Shown: positions 47,165 through 59,640 of the stretch, in pieces
Numbering within the stretch: the stretch's first letter is position 1
Layout of the letters: the number at the start of each line of letters is the position of its first letter
Made by a program: the position numbers and the translations under genes
The notes under the pieces: generated by a model
What the model was told of the DNA's origin: nothing
Database searches by the model: none
Seen by the model: only the letters and a program-made list of their open reading frames with translations
Source of the DNA: Octopus bimaculoides
Taxonomy: Eukaryota
Length of the DNA: 64,000 bases
Assembly (NCBI RefSeq): GCF_001194135.2
Contig: NC_068993.1
Coordinates: forward strand, 32,703,415 to 32,767,414
Direction of reading: 5' to 3'

Positions 47165-49465
47165 TGTAGTAACGCTGTGCGCATGCGTAGTCTCACGCAT
47201 GCGTAGAATTCAACATCCAAGCTTTCCCGCTTTATTCTGTCTCTTTGTTACTGGCCAGCGATTGAGCAAGGACGTGTCTAGCTGTCTCTCCATCTTTCGA
47301 ACTCACACTAGACAGCTCACATCAATATACCAACGTCCCAACAACCATGTTCTCACACACCGAAGACGTCTCAACAAACAAGATTAAAGATCTATATTTT
47401 CCACCTTGAATAAATGTTGTTATGTTGATAGTTTGGAGTTCAGCGTTCCGTTCATATTTCTAATTTAATATAGGAAAGTCAGGTGTACATCTAATGATGT
47501 ATAACCCACTTTCCTATAAAGTGGTGACCCCGACTAAGAAAAAATGCGGCCATGGATTCTGGACTACCAACCTATAAAGTGGTGACCACGACTAAAGAAC
47601 GACTGCAGCCACGACGATCTGGACTAATCAGCATCAATAAATGTTATGTACTCACTGAAATTGTTCGCATGTGACGAGCATGTTGCTGCCATTTTTAGCA
47701 AGTAGACGACGCTGTGTAAAAATGAATTTGACGTCTTGTAAGGTATTATCGCTGGTATGAGCAACACGAGTCTACGACCACACGCCGCCGACGCCATCAT
47801 CAACTACAACTAACTCGAGCGTCTCTCAACATTTTCATCACACAAATAGAAAGCTAAGAAAAATTTCACACAAGCAACTTCACGGCCATTACGAACTGGT
47901 GACCCCCATCATGATTCAGACACGCAGCCCGCTGAGCTACAATAACAACTATTTCTATATAACTGATAACCAACATTCCTATAAAGTGGTGTGACCCCGA
48001 CTAAGAAACAAACGCGGCCATGGATTCTGGACTACCAACCTATAAAGTGGTGACCCCGACTAAAGAACAAATGTGGCCATGGAGACTGAACTACCAAGCA
48101 ACGATGACCACCAACATCTCCAACCATAGTCAACACGACTTACTATGTACACCAAACTAAACCACCGCGGCAAATCTCTCTCTTCNNNNNNNNNNNNNNN
48201 NNNNNNNNNNNNNNNNNNNNNNNNNNNNNNNNNNNNNNNNNNNNNNNNNNNNNNNNNNNNNNNNNNNNNNNNNNNNNNNNNNNNNNNNNNNNNNNNNNNN
48301 NNNNNNNNNNNNNNNNNTGTTCTTATATGTCGCATTCACACTCTCACATACACATACATCTTTTATGCCACACTAAATATCTCTTGTTATTCATTTTATA
48401 CGGTTATGTTTATCATCTTCTATCGTCTCCCTTTTACTGGCCATATGTTATCGTAGTATAACATATCATGTATATCATCTTTGATATATTATTTTGTGTT
48501 CGACCATGTGACACATTTAAATAAAAGGAGTCCTCTGTTTTTCCATTCGTCACATGCGAACAATTTCATCTTGGGTTAAAAAAATCTCATCAAGGTTTTC
48601 GCTAATGGTCGTACAGAGATTTGTCTGTCGACCGTCTGTAAAAGCGCACCTCTTCAAACACCATCATCACCAAGCAGCCTTTTCGCCACAAGCTTCGTTC
48701 AACCAAGATTACCACCGCGACGACAACAACTACTACCAACTACAAGCATTCCCCCAACGTCGCCAACAGTTTCAACAGGACATCATTACCACCATCAACA
48801 CCACACATACAGAACAGCTATATTACAGTTCCTGCGCCGACGTCTTCTCCATCAATGTACTGTCTACCACAATGTCGTGCGCCAACAACCCCACCACCAG
48901 GGACACACCATATTGCATGTTTTTCTTTCATTCCTTCAATTTGTACATTGCATGCATGTATCACACGAGTGTATATTTCATTTCTTTCATTTTTTTCTTT
49001 GTGTGTGTTTGTGCTACATCTTGTGGGTGGTTTTCAGTGGCCATCCTGCCTCAGGCGTTCCAACAAAAAAAAATTATATTATCGTGCGTTCCACACTGGC
49101 GAGGGGAGCCCTGTAGTAACGCCGTGCGCATGCGTAGTCTCACGCATGCGTGGAATTCAACATCCAAGCTTTCCCGCTTTATTCTGTCTCTTTGTTACTG
49201 GCCAGCGATTGAGCAAGGACGTGTCTAGCTGTCTCTTCATCTTTCGAACTCACGCTAGACAGCTCACATCAATATACCAACGTCCCAACAACCATGTTCT
49301 CACACACCGAAGACGTCTCAACAAACAAGATTAAAGATGTATATTTTCCACCTTGAATAAATGTTGTTATGTTGATAGTTTGGAGTTCAGCGTTCCGTTC
49401 ATATTTCTAATTTAATATAGGAAAGTCAGGTGTACATCTAATGATGTATAACCTACTTTCCTATA
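47165..49465 (+). mobile_element. Non-autonomous (TRIM/LARD-like) LTR element, non-coding interior
   Basis: Two 354-bp LTRs (47165-47518 and 49112-49465) differing at 6 positions by manual comparison. 4-bp TSD CATG. tRNA-Trp PBS TGGTGACCCCGAC at 47522. PPT-like gaggggagccc before the 3' LTR. Confidence 0.92.
48186..48317. other. Assembly gap (N run)
   Basis: 132 N. Confidence 0.99.
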
Positions 49466-51839
49466 CATGAATGGAAACAGATGATGAGGGCGGCAACAAT
49501 TGTCAACTTCAAGTTGGCATATCTGCAGCTCCATGTGAGCAAGAAACTGTGATAGTATCAGCTAGTGCAATATAAGGGTCAGGCATATTGTTTGACTAGG
49601 CTGGGTTTCAGGCTAAATTCTGTGCCAAAGGTCATGGCGACAGTGCTCAAATCTATCCTTGGAAAGATGAACAAGATAAAAAAGGCCACCGATTCCAATA
49701 TAAATGACATCTTAGTAGATGAGACTGTAGCATCTGCCCCAAAGGTCATAAGCCATCTAAAGAAATTTGGGCTGACTGTGAAGCCACCAGAGCCAATGGT
49801 TGGAGGAGCTGCACTGGGGCTCAAGCTTCAAAGAGACAAAACATGTGTATTGGTGTTTTGGAGGGGGAATGAGATCCCAGAACTGGGTACCAGCATCAAC
49901 AGACAAGAACTATTTTTGATGTGTGGGAGACTAGTGGGTCACTATCCAATTGCAGGATGGCTTTGAATAGGATGCAGCCTACATTGAGAGGCAAGCAGAG
50001 GGGGCAAACTGGGGCTATACTCCATCGAAATCTGAACTGATTTGGCTACTGTGTTTCATTGGGTAAGATCAGTGATCACTGATAAAAAGAAGGTTTGAAC
50101 CAAAGGGGCTACAGAGATGTTAGTAAAGTGCTACCTAGGGGTTCTGGGAGAGCTAACTGCCAAATTTGGTCTTTGCCTTCAGAAAGGAACAAGGCAGACA
50201 TTCTAACCAGGGTGATAAAGGCCTGGTTGGTGGAGCCAGAAGATTCAAAGCAGGAGATAGCTGCAGTATGTTGGTTAAGTGACTTGGAATTAAGGAGACT
50301 GCATGCCATGCATCATGAGTGTGGATAGAACGCTGTATTTTGTAAGAAAGGTTGACTCCGGCGTTATTAGACACAGAATTCAAAAGGTGGTCAGAAACTG
50401 CGACAGGTGTCAATCCATTGACCCTGTTCTAGGTGTGCACAAGCAAGGAAACATCTTAGTAGAGCATGACTGGAGACGATTGGCAGTGGATGTGACACAC
50501 TACCAGCATGAGGCATATCTCTCAACGGTCAACTGTGAACCGGGTCAGATGGCCATATGGTGGGAAATGAAGATGGGCACTGCAGACAAGATTACACGTA
50601 TCCTGAATGAGATATTCCTGGAGTAGGGCCCTGTGGATGATGGACAACAGCACTGCATTTCATTCAGAGATACTGAAGGAGATGCTTCACAAGTGGAATG
50701 TGCACTGCTTCTTCAGAGCAGCATACAGTCCAAGGGGAAATTAGATTTTGGAAAGACACCATCACATGATCAAAGCCATAGTGGAGAGGGGACGCAACTC
50801 ACTGCTGGAAGTGGTATTCTGGTACAATATGCCACCCCGATCAGGAAGAATCCATGCCACACAGAGTGATATTCAGATATGAATGGTGGCATCTGAGTAA
50901 ACCATCAGAAATCCCTGCAGAAGAGAGAGGGCCTGCCTTCATGCAGGTAGGGAATGAAATCTGGGTCAAGCCCCCCGAAGGCACACTGCACATCTCAGTG
51001 GAACAGAGGAACAATGACAGCTGTTAATTCCAAAAATAACATTTCAGTAGATGGAATGCTGTGTCACATCTTGGATGTTTGCTGAATTGTCACTGCATCA
51101 AATGACAAAGGTGGAGAGAAGGAGAACAAGGCTAAGATGGGTAGAGCAGGTGTTTGGACTTAACACAGTTGGACAGCCAACAACAAGAGTTAGATGAACC
51201 ATAATTTATTCATCACATTACAGTTCCCTCATACCATACAAACTGACAAAGAAATAAAAGCTAATCACCCAGACATAATAATCAAAAGAAGAAAAGAAAA
51301 GAAGAAGAGAAATGATCAAAGTACAAAGACCTCGAAATTCAAGATGTGAGATATGTAGGTGAAAACAATTCCAGTAATAATTGGAGCAATGGGTATGATA
51401 AAAAAAATAAAAACACATAGAAATAAAAGTTTTAGCTATACCTGGACCCTCAATGCTACACACTATCCCAAAACTAGCCCTGCTAGGAACAGCCCACATC
51501 CTACACAAGAAACTATTAATTCAATAATACTACCCAAATGAAAACAATCAACTAACAAAACATTCTAGATAGTAAATATCTAATAAAATAAACTACCACC
51601 ACCACATGTACTCCACAGGCCGAATACTCAACAGAAGAACACAACTCACATTACACACACAAATACAGTGCAAACACGAATACAACAAAAGACTGCAACC
51701 CAACTCCATAGCAAAACAAATTGATGCAACACAATACCAGGAAGAGTTTGCACTCACCCAACAACAAATAAAGGATACAAAATACAGCACACATCCCAGC
51801 AACTGGAGGTGTAACAGGTGATAGAGTGAAATTTACCTG

Positions 51840-53342
51840 AAACTACCAAATGTTTAATAATAATATATTATAAAATACATAAGGTAGGCACCAATTATTA
51901 TAAAATACATAAGGCACTCTATGAATAAATGGCAGACAGTGCTACAACTCCAAACAAAAGAGGGATTCATGAAAACGAAAGCCATCCCCATTAGAAGAGG
52001 AATATTCCAGGGAGACACGCTCTCTCCACTCCTGTTCTGCTTGGCACTCACACCTTTTAACTGAATTGCTAAATAGAACTGGATGCAGATACAAATGTTA
52101 CGGCAAAACAGTCAGCCACCTTTTATATATGGATGACCTAAAATTATACGCTAGAAATGATAAAGAGCTGGAAACACTACTACAGACAGTACATAGATTT
52201 ACCAAAAAAATAGATATGAAATTCGGATTAGAAAAATGTGCCAAAGCAACCCTGAAAAGAGGAAAACTAGTTAAGAGTAGCAACATCACACTAGATAAAG
52301 CCAATGAAATAAGAGAACTAGACGAAAGCCAGCCATACAAATATTTAGGAATCAATCAACTAGATCGGATACAACACACACAAATGAATGAAAAAAATAA
52401 AGAAAGTGTACTATAGACGAGTTAGATCAATACTAAAAACAGAGCTCAATGCTAAAAACAAGATAATAGGTATTAACACTTTAGCCGTCCCAGTTATAAG
52501 TTACAGCTACAATATCCTTAACTGGACACTAAACGAACTATCTAAAATAGACAGGAAAACAAGAAAAATAATGACAGGATCTAGGATGCACCACCCAAAA
52601 TCTGACATAGAAAGGCTATATATATACAACGTATGGAATGTGATAGGGGTCTTATACAGCTGGAAAACTATTATAAAATAACCACCATACGACTGCAAAA
52701 ATACCTACTTGAGAAGCAAGGAAAACTAATACAAATAGCCACAAAACACGAACAAAACAAAAAGCTGTTTTCAGTATTTAAGGAAGCTGACAAATTCAAA
52801 CAAGAAATACTACCTAATAAATACGAAGAAGAAGAAGAAGAAACAACAAAAGCTATAAAACAAATGAAATCCAAACTAAAACTAGAACAGAAATGGACCA
52901 TGATAAAACGATGGCAAGAAAAGCCCCTACATGGTAAATACTGGGCTAAACTAAATGCAAAAGAAATAGACAGAGAAAAATCCCAGCAATGGCTGAGAAG
53001 CTCAGGACTCAAAGCAGAGACTGAAGGATTTTTAATTGCTGCACAAGACCAAAGCCTCCCCACCAGAAATTACCAAAAACATATACTGAAAAGAAACATA
53101 ACAAGTAACTGCAGAATATGTGGCGATGGACAAGAAACAATAAATCATATTATCTCTGGCTGCCCAGTCCTGGCTAAGAAGGAATATATTCACAGACACG
53201 ACAGAGCTGGGACCTATATACACTGGAAGCTATGCCAACACTATGGAATAACAACAGAAAAAAGATGGTATAAACACACGCCAGAAAAGGTCACAGAAAA
53301 CGAGAAAGCAACCATACTCTGGGATATGCCAATACACACAGA
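51840..53342 (+). mobile_element. Dong/R4 RT and zinc-finger fragment (young subfamily)
   Basis: GIFQGDTLSPLLF, SHLLYMDDLKL, FGLEKCA, YKYLG, KPLHG, CCHC, RHD, WDMPIHT. A few frameshifts. Confidence 0.9.
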
Positions 53343-54075
53343 TTGTGCTGCCCAAGAGCAAGCACTGAGAACAAATTACATTAAATACAGAATAGACAAC
53401 ACATCAGAAAGTGATAAGTGCAGAATTTGTGGACAAAATCGTGAAACCGTATAGCACATTACCAGTCAATGTATGCCACTAGCCCAGAAAGAATATGAGA
53501 CATCAGGACAATATAGCAAGAATTGTCCATTGGACACTTTGCAACAAGTATGGACTTGACAGAGCAAAAAAGTAGTACAAACATAAACCTGAAGGCATCA
53601 TCAAAAATGATAATGCAAAGATTATATGGGATTTCATGATTCAGTGCAACCATGAGATAGAGAATAGGAAGCCAGACATAGTGTTAATTGAGAAAGAAAG
53701 CAAATGATGTTGGATCATAGATATAGCATGCCCAGCTGACAACAAGGTATGCAATAAGGAAGAAATAAAAGTCAAAAGATATGACAGGTTAGCTTGGGAG
53801 GTTAAGCAGTTGTGATTGATGAAAAATGTGATAGTAGTACCAATAATTGTCGGAGCCCTGGGGACAATGAGTAAAATTTTGAGAAGTACATGGAACAAAT
53901 AGGGGCTGCAATAAGGGTGGATCACTTGCAGAAAACAGCACTGCTTAGAATTGCTTGAATACTCTGGATGGTGCTGGAAAAATAAGGGGAGTTACCTTAG
54001 TTCACTGGTAGTGAACAGTTGGCACCATAATACATCTCCAGCGATAGAAGCTGTGCAAAGACAATGAATAATAAT
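53343..54075 (+). mobile_element. 3' fragment of a different Dong/R4 subfamily
   Basis: CAAQEQALRTN...CRICG, WDF.IQC.H.IE.RKPD, IDIACP, PIIVGALG; ends in (AAT)n. Confidence 0.82.
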
Positions 54076-54129
54076 AATAGTCAATAAGAAGAGCATGATG
54101 CGATTTGTAATAGACTGTTTGTTTAATGG

Positions 54130-54174
54130 TTTGAATGATATTTCAACAGATTGTCTGCCTTCTTCAGGTTCAAA
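54130..54174 (-). ncRNA. Minimal type I hammerhead motif in PLE pseudo-LTR
   Basis: TTTGAAC CTGAAGA A GGCAGA CAA TCTGTT GAAA TAT C ATTCAAA: core, stems I and II, palindromic ATAT, AUC triplet. Confidence 0.65.
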
Positions 54175-55029
54175 ATGTAAAATGAAAATAACCACAGAAA
54201 CACAGAAATTCAAAATATAAACACACAGTCCACTCGGCACATTGTTTATCCATCACACCAACAACAATCGTTTTATTCTATCAACCAATTTTTCAGAGAT
54301 GTCCATGTTTATGACAGTTTAAATTTACTAGCATCACAAGAACTGCACAGATAACAACACTCTACTCGCGACAAACAAACGTAACTCCTACAGTTCAACA
54401 ACTTCAAATTATTAATCCCCAGGTTGGCTCATATGATTGCGGTCTTGTGACCCTTACATATACATTTGAACTAGTCATTGGAAACTCTCCAGAGAAGTTT
54501 ATATTTGATCAGTCAAAAATGCAAACTCATTTAAAATTCTGCTTTGAGAACAATAAGTTTGTTCTTTTCCTGAAAGTAAAAGTTTTTCAAATGCCAACAA
54601 AAACCAAAGAAGTCACTTTTTATCACCCACCCAGGAATGGATTACTGCTACAAAGATGACAAAAAGTAATGACTTCACACATTAACATTCAAAACAATTT
54701 TTTATCACCCAATAGGTTCTATGTTTAAGTGAAGAATTCAAACAAAAATCAAAAGATAGTCAGAAATCAAATGAAAGCAAGACTGTGGAAAACACTTGCC
54801 CAAGAAAATCCATCACGCTAGAGAATAAGTCAGTCATAAATTTATCTAAGCTAAACCCTTCACTGGACAACATTTCTGTCCTAGAGTTTGGACTGAGTTT
54901 CTGCTCAAGCACTAAGAATTTCCCCAAAAATAAACTAGCTCAAGGGTTATTTCAGTTTGTCCAGTGTCACAAGCTTAGGGAATATCTTTTTTGAGAAAAA
55001 TGGTAACATGGAATCAGAAAAGCTGCCGT

Positions 55030-55594
55030 CATTGGTCCTTACTTTTTTGAAGACAATAATGGAAATGCTGTTACTGTGAACTCCAAATGCTACATCGAGA
55101 TGATAAACAACTTCTTTGTGCCTGAATTACAACAAAAACGTATGCCTATTCGACATGTGTGATTTCAGCAGGATGGGGCACTGGCCCACACAACCAGCGC
55201 ATCAATGGATGTTCTTCATCCTCTCTTCGGTGACTGCCTCATTTCCAGGTTTGCTGACATTCCTTGCTCCTCTCCCCCCTCGGTTTCCTGAGTTGTCCAT
55301 GTACGATTATTTTTTGAGCCCCATATATTAGACAATTTGAAAGAAGCTATTCATGTGGAAGATGCCCAAATCGACAGAGTAATGCTGGTGAGAGTGGAGA
55401 CCAACTTCCAAGAAATATTTCAGAAATGCATCAATGAAAATGGACAACACATGACAGATGTGTTCTTTTCCACAGTTGATTTTAACAAATGCTAATTCAA
55501 TATGAACACATTGATGTCAATAAAATTTGTTTGCAGCTAAGATTAATGATTTTGTGAATTTTTCAAAAACATCAGTCCTTTCTGCCCTACCCTG
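55030..55594 (+). mobile_element. Tc1/mariner-superfamily transposase 3' fragment inserted in the PLE
   Basis: GPYFFE...VTVN..Y..M...F...FQQDGA.AHT...PR.PELS.YDYF; ends accctg|TA. Confidence 0.7.
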
Positions 55595-56590
55595 TAATTC
55601 TGGAAATGGAGGAAAACAATTTCATAAAAAAGATTGAACCCAGAATTTTACGGTCAGAACAAAACAACACCTGTATTTTATGGTCCCCGCAAAATACACA
55701 AAAAGTTCGAAAAATTCTCTCCAATGCACCTAATTTGCAGCAGATATGAATGTTGTACAGCCAAAATTTCAGAGTGGCTGGATGACTTTCTACTCCCTGT
55801 AGCAAAAAGATCAAGTTCCTATATTTGGGATACTTTTGATTTTGTGTCCAAAATTAACAACCTTTCTATGCATCAAAAAAGTGTCGAAAACTGTTTTTTG
55901 GTAACCAAGGATATTTCTTCACTATACCCCAATATTGACCATGAAGAGGGGTGGAAACATGCATGAATGCTTTTGAAAAACAGTCAAACAAAAGTATTCC
56001 ATCTAATTTTCTCTGTAAGTTATTTAAGTTTGTGTTACAAAGTAAAACAATGAAGTTTGGACAAAAACTTTACCACCAGATGAGGGGTTGTGCCAATGGA
56101 TACCCCATGGCAGTTAATTTCCCTGTCTTCATGACAAAATTCAAGACACAATGATGACATTCAAATCACTGCATGGTCATGAACCAATATCCTGGTTATA
56201 GTTCATTAATGACATCTTTTTCATCTGGGAAGGATCACAGCACAGTTTAGTTAACTTCTTGCATTTCTGTGACTGTTACGCTAAAAACTGTGGCTTTTAA
56301 GTTCAATATAAAATTTATGTCTAGTTTTTCAAAAACTAGCAGGAAGTTATTTTGCAAGCCCCATCATCCCACATTTACCTTCACTGCCACTTGGATCTTC
56401 TACATAATATAATTAGGTCAAAATCCAAAAGCACAATTTTTGAGGACAAAACAGATTTGAACTGAGGCAGAGGATTACTGGTAACATGCAAATGCTTTTG
56501 TACACCACTATGTCAAATATGATTACACCATGACTAAAGGAAATTGCAAATGACACAGCTAAGATTAGCAAGGAAAGTCAAATTTCTATG

Positions 56591-57595
56591 TGTAGGGTAC
56601 TGTCCAAGGATTTATATGTCGGGTCCTGCCCAAAGATTTATGACAGACGATCTGTAGACGGGAGCTCCAGACATAGATCTCTAATCAGCACAGGAGCAGA
56701 AGTCAGTATGATCCCAGTGTCAGCAAAGGACCTCCATTATGGAAAGTGAAGCCAACTCTTAATGGCTGCCAATGGCTCCACAATTGAGGTGTATGGTTTC
56801 CACATCTTTTCTCCCAACATCAGCTCACAAAAATACGCAGGCATTCACCATCGCTGATGTCCATCAGCCCATTATTGGGGCAGACTGTCTTCGAGCGCAC
56901 TTGCTACTGGTTGATTTGAAGGGGAGACGACTCATCAACAGCAACACATGCCCTTCTGTGTCTCTTGCAACATCTGCACATGCTGCCTCCTGCATAGCAA
57001 CTGCCTCTCAGACTGAGAACAAATTCTCGAATCTTCTTACGAGTCACCCCAATCTCACTACCCTGACATTCTCCAAACCTACAGTCTGCCACAGAGTGAC
57101 ACACCACATCCCCCCCCCCACCCAGTGCACAGCCGTGCATGTCATTTATCACCAGACAAACTTGCTGTTGCAAAGGCCAAGTTTGACAGTATGGAGGCGT
57201 TAGGCATAGTTTGCCAATCAAGTCTCTGGTCATCGCCCCTGCATGTGGCACTGAAAGCCAAAGAAGGTGGGCAACCTTGTGGAGATTACCACCATCTCAA
57301 CGCAGACATGATGCCCAGCTGCAATTCTATTCTGCACATACAGGACTTCTCAGCCCAGTTATATATGTAGGGTACTGCCCAAGGATTTATGATGGACAAA
57401 CTGTAGACAGGAACTTCGCTGCATGCTAGCTAGGGAACTGGTCTGCAGAAAAGCAGACTTCCAGTTAGGCAGGACTTCTATGAAGCACGAGTTGACTGAT
57501 GACTGTTGCCCTCATGTGTTTAACTAAATCAATCTTCCACCAACACACTCTGGTTCTCCGTTGATTTTTTTGTGTATAGCTTAACTAAAGCTATA
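56591..57595 (+). mobile_element. Internally deleted Gypsy element (CsRn1-like by recalled motifs) inserted in the PLE
   Basis: tgtagggtactg.ccaaggattta direct repeats at 56591 and 57366; protease TGAEVS.IP and RT PCGDYH.LN remnants; TSD TATG/CATG. Confidence 0.72.
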
Positions 57596-58431
57596 CATGC
57601 ATCGCTTTAGCAACCAAAGTAAAATTTATGACAGAATTCCTTTAGTGATTAACTGGCATCAAAATTTCACTAGCATTTCAAAAATGTTACATGAAAGTCA
57701 CCAGCATATTGCAGAAAAATATCATTTCAAAAAAATATTCCCTCAGCCACCTACCTATTATAGCCTTTAGATGCAATAAAAAGATAAGAGAAATATTAAC
57801 CACTACCATTGGAGTTTCTGAATGCTGCACCTTGATAAACAGCTGCAAGAGAGGTAAGCCCTGTTCATTGTGCAACAACATGAGTCAAGTTAATTCCATC
57901 ACAAATCATAACAGAAATGTTATGATTTAAACAGAAAATGAAACATGTAAAAATTCCCATTTGGTATACACAGCAGAATGCACGAAACATAACTTGATTT
58001 ATGTTGGTTGTACAACAAACTAATTAAACAAAAGATTCAATGGGCACAGATAGGATGTCAAGCACAATAACAGTAGTTCGAGAGAACTTGCCAAACATTT
58101 TACATCAAATGGCTGCAATTTTGAGGAACACCTGAAAGTGCACATTCTTGGAAAATACTCTGACTCTACTACACTTTCAGTCCTTCAAATGCAAGATGAC
58201 AAATATATTTGTGAATTACTAACGTCATACCCTGGATGAATGAATAAAATGATGGGTGAATTTCATCACATTTGCACAAAACTGTTCAACTAATTATGTT
58301 TTTTTTTCTATTTTTTCTTTCTTCTTTTTACCAGTTATAAAAGTGAAAACTGATGATGTCATTCTATCAAAATAGAAATGCAGGATTTCTTCATTTATAT
58401 GTTGAATTTATGTGTTTCTGAGGTTTTACAT

Positions 58432-58482
58432 TTTGACAGCCAACCTGAAGAAGACAGCCAACCTGTTGAAATATTGTTCAAA
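58432..58482 (+). ncRNA. Hammerhead motif in PLE pseudo-LTR (stem I interrupted)
   Basis: tttga(cagcc)aac CTGAAGA A GACAG CCAAC CTGTT GAAA TAT T GTTCAAA. Confidence 0.5.
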
Positions 58483-58599
58483 CCATTAAAGAAACAGTCT
58501 ATTACAAATTGCACTGCATTCTTCTTATTGTCTATTTAATCTCATGAAGAGTTGCAATAGTCTTTATAAATTAATAATAATAACAATATTTTAAAAAGA

Positions 58600-59640
58600 T
58601 TGACCTAACTGCTCTTGAATTTTTGGACACAAAAGTTAAGTTTTCTGGAAGCAGAATAGTGACAGAGTTATTTTCCAAGCCCACATTATCCTGCATTTAC
58701 CTCTACTGCCACTCCAATCATCCACATCATATAATCCAGTCAAATCCGAAATCCCAAGTTTTGAGGATAAAACGGACTTGTACTGATACAGGAGATTACT
58801 GGAAACAAGCAAATGCTTTTGTACACCATTATGTCAAGTGCGCTTACAGTGAATCACAATTAAAAGAAATTGAAAATGACATAGCTAAGATTAACAAGGA
58901 AAGTCAAACTTTCACACATAATTTTAGCAAACAAAGTACAAAATGTGACAAAATTCCTTTACTGATTAACTGGCACCGAAATTTTGCTGGCATTTCAAAA
59001 GTGTTACATGAAAGTTACCAGCATGTTGCAGAAAAATATCCTCGTTTCAAACATATATTTCCTCAGCCACCTATTGTTGCCTTTAGAGGAAATAAAAATA
59101 TTATATAAAATATAAGAGAACTATTAGCTTCTACTTCTGACTCCAAGAAAACTAACATTGGAGTTTCTGCATGCTGTACCTTGAAAAACAGCCACAAAAG
59201 AGGAAAGCACTGTTCATTGTGCAACAACATGAGTGAAGTCAATTCCATCACAAATCATAATAGAAATGATATGATTTACGTGGAAGGTGGGACATTCCTA
59301 TTTGGTGTATGTAGCAGAATGCACCAAACACAACTTGATTCATGTTGGTTGTTCAACAGAACAATAAAACAAGATTCAATGGGCACAGATATGACGTCAG
59401 ACACAATAACAGTTGTTCGAGAGAACTTGCCAAACATTTGGCATCAAATGACTGCAATTTTGAAAAAGACTTGAAAGTGCATATTCTCAGAAAATATTCT
59501 GAATCTGCTACACTTTCAGTTCTCAAAATACATGAGAAGAAATATGCTTGTTAGTCATTAACATAACACCCTGGAGGGATGAATAATATGACAGAAGAAT
59601 TTCATCATATTTACACAAAACTGCTTGATTAAATATTCTT
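58600..59640 (+). mobile_element. Second 5'-truncated Penelope-like copy in tandem
   Basis: FLDTKV...KPT...YL...SNHP.H...P.SQ.LRIKR and GIY-YIG motifs. Homologous to 56340-56580 and 57600-58290. Confidence 0.82.

Larger units (their letters stand above)
45706..51238 (+). mobile_element. Defective Ty3/Gypsy LTR retrotransposon
   Basis: 5' LTR 45706-46007 (TG...CA); 3' LTR remnant about 51135-51238; 5-bp TSD CAAAC (45701-45705 and 51239-51243). gag-like ORF at 46070, RT (VLDYREMN; CLTRLGF), then integrase (HH...CDRC, LAVDVTH) in Gypsy order. Confidence 0.88.
54075..58560 (+). mobile_element. Penelope-like element (RT plus GIY-YIG) with inverted 5' pseudo-LTR
   Basis: VINLS...VLE.GLSFC, KIHK...RP-like, DISSLYPNI, G.A.G, FIND (RT) and YVG.T...RF.GH...ELAKH (GIY-YIG). 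54075-54230 is the reverse complement of 58390-58530. Confidence 0.82.

Noticed and set aside
47513-48070. CRISPR-like array (about 28-bp repeats with about 30-bp spacers)
   Set aside because: The spacers are homologous to each other, the repeat is an LTR end plus tRNA-Trp PBS, there are no cas genes, and the context is eukaryotic.
48554-49334. ORFs of 224 and 159 aa inside the non-autonomous LTR element
   Set aside because: Low-complexity sequence running into the LTR, with no gag, pol or env motifs.
45695-53345. Breakage hotspot at the Dong WDMP..T/D codons (Gypsy insertion at 45705 and chimera junction at 53342)
   Set aside because: Only two events of different mechanisms; coincidence cannot be excluded without genome-wide counts.
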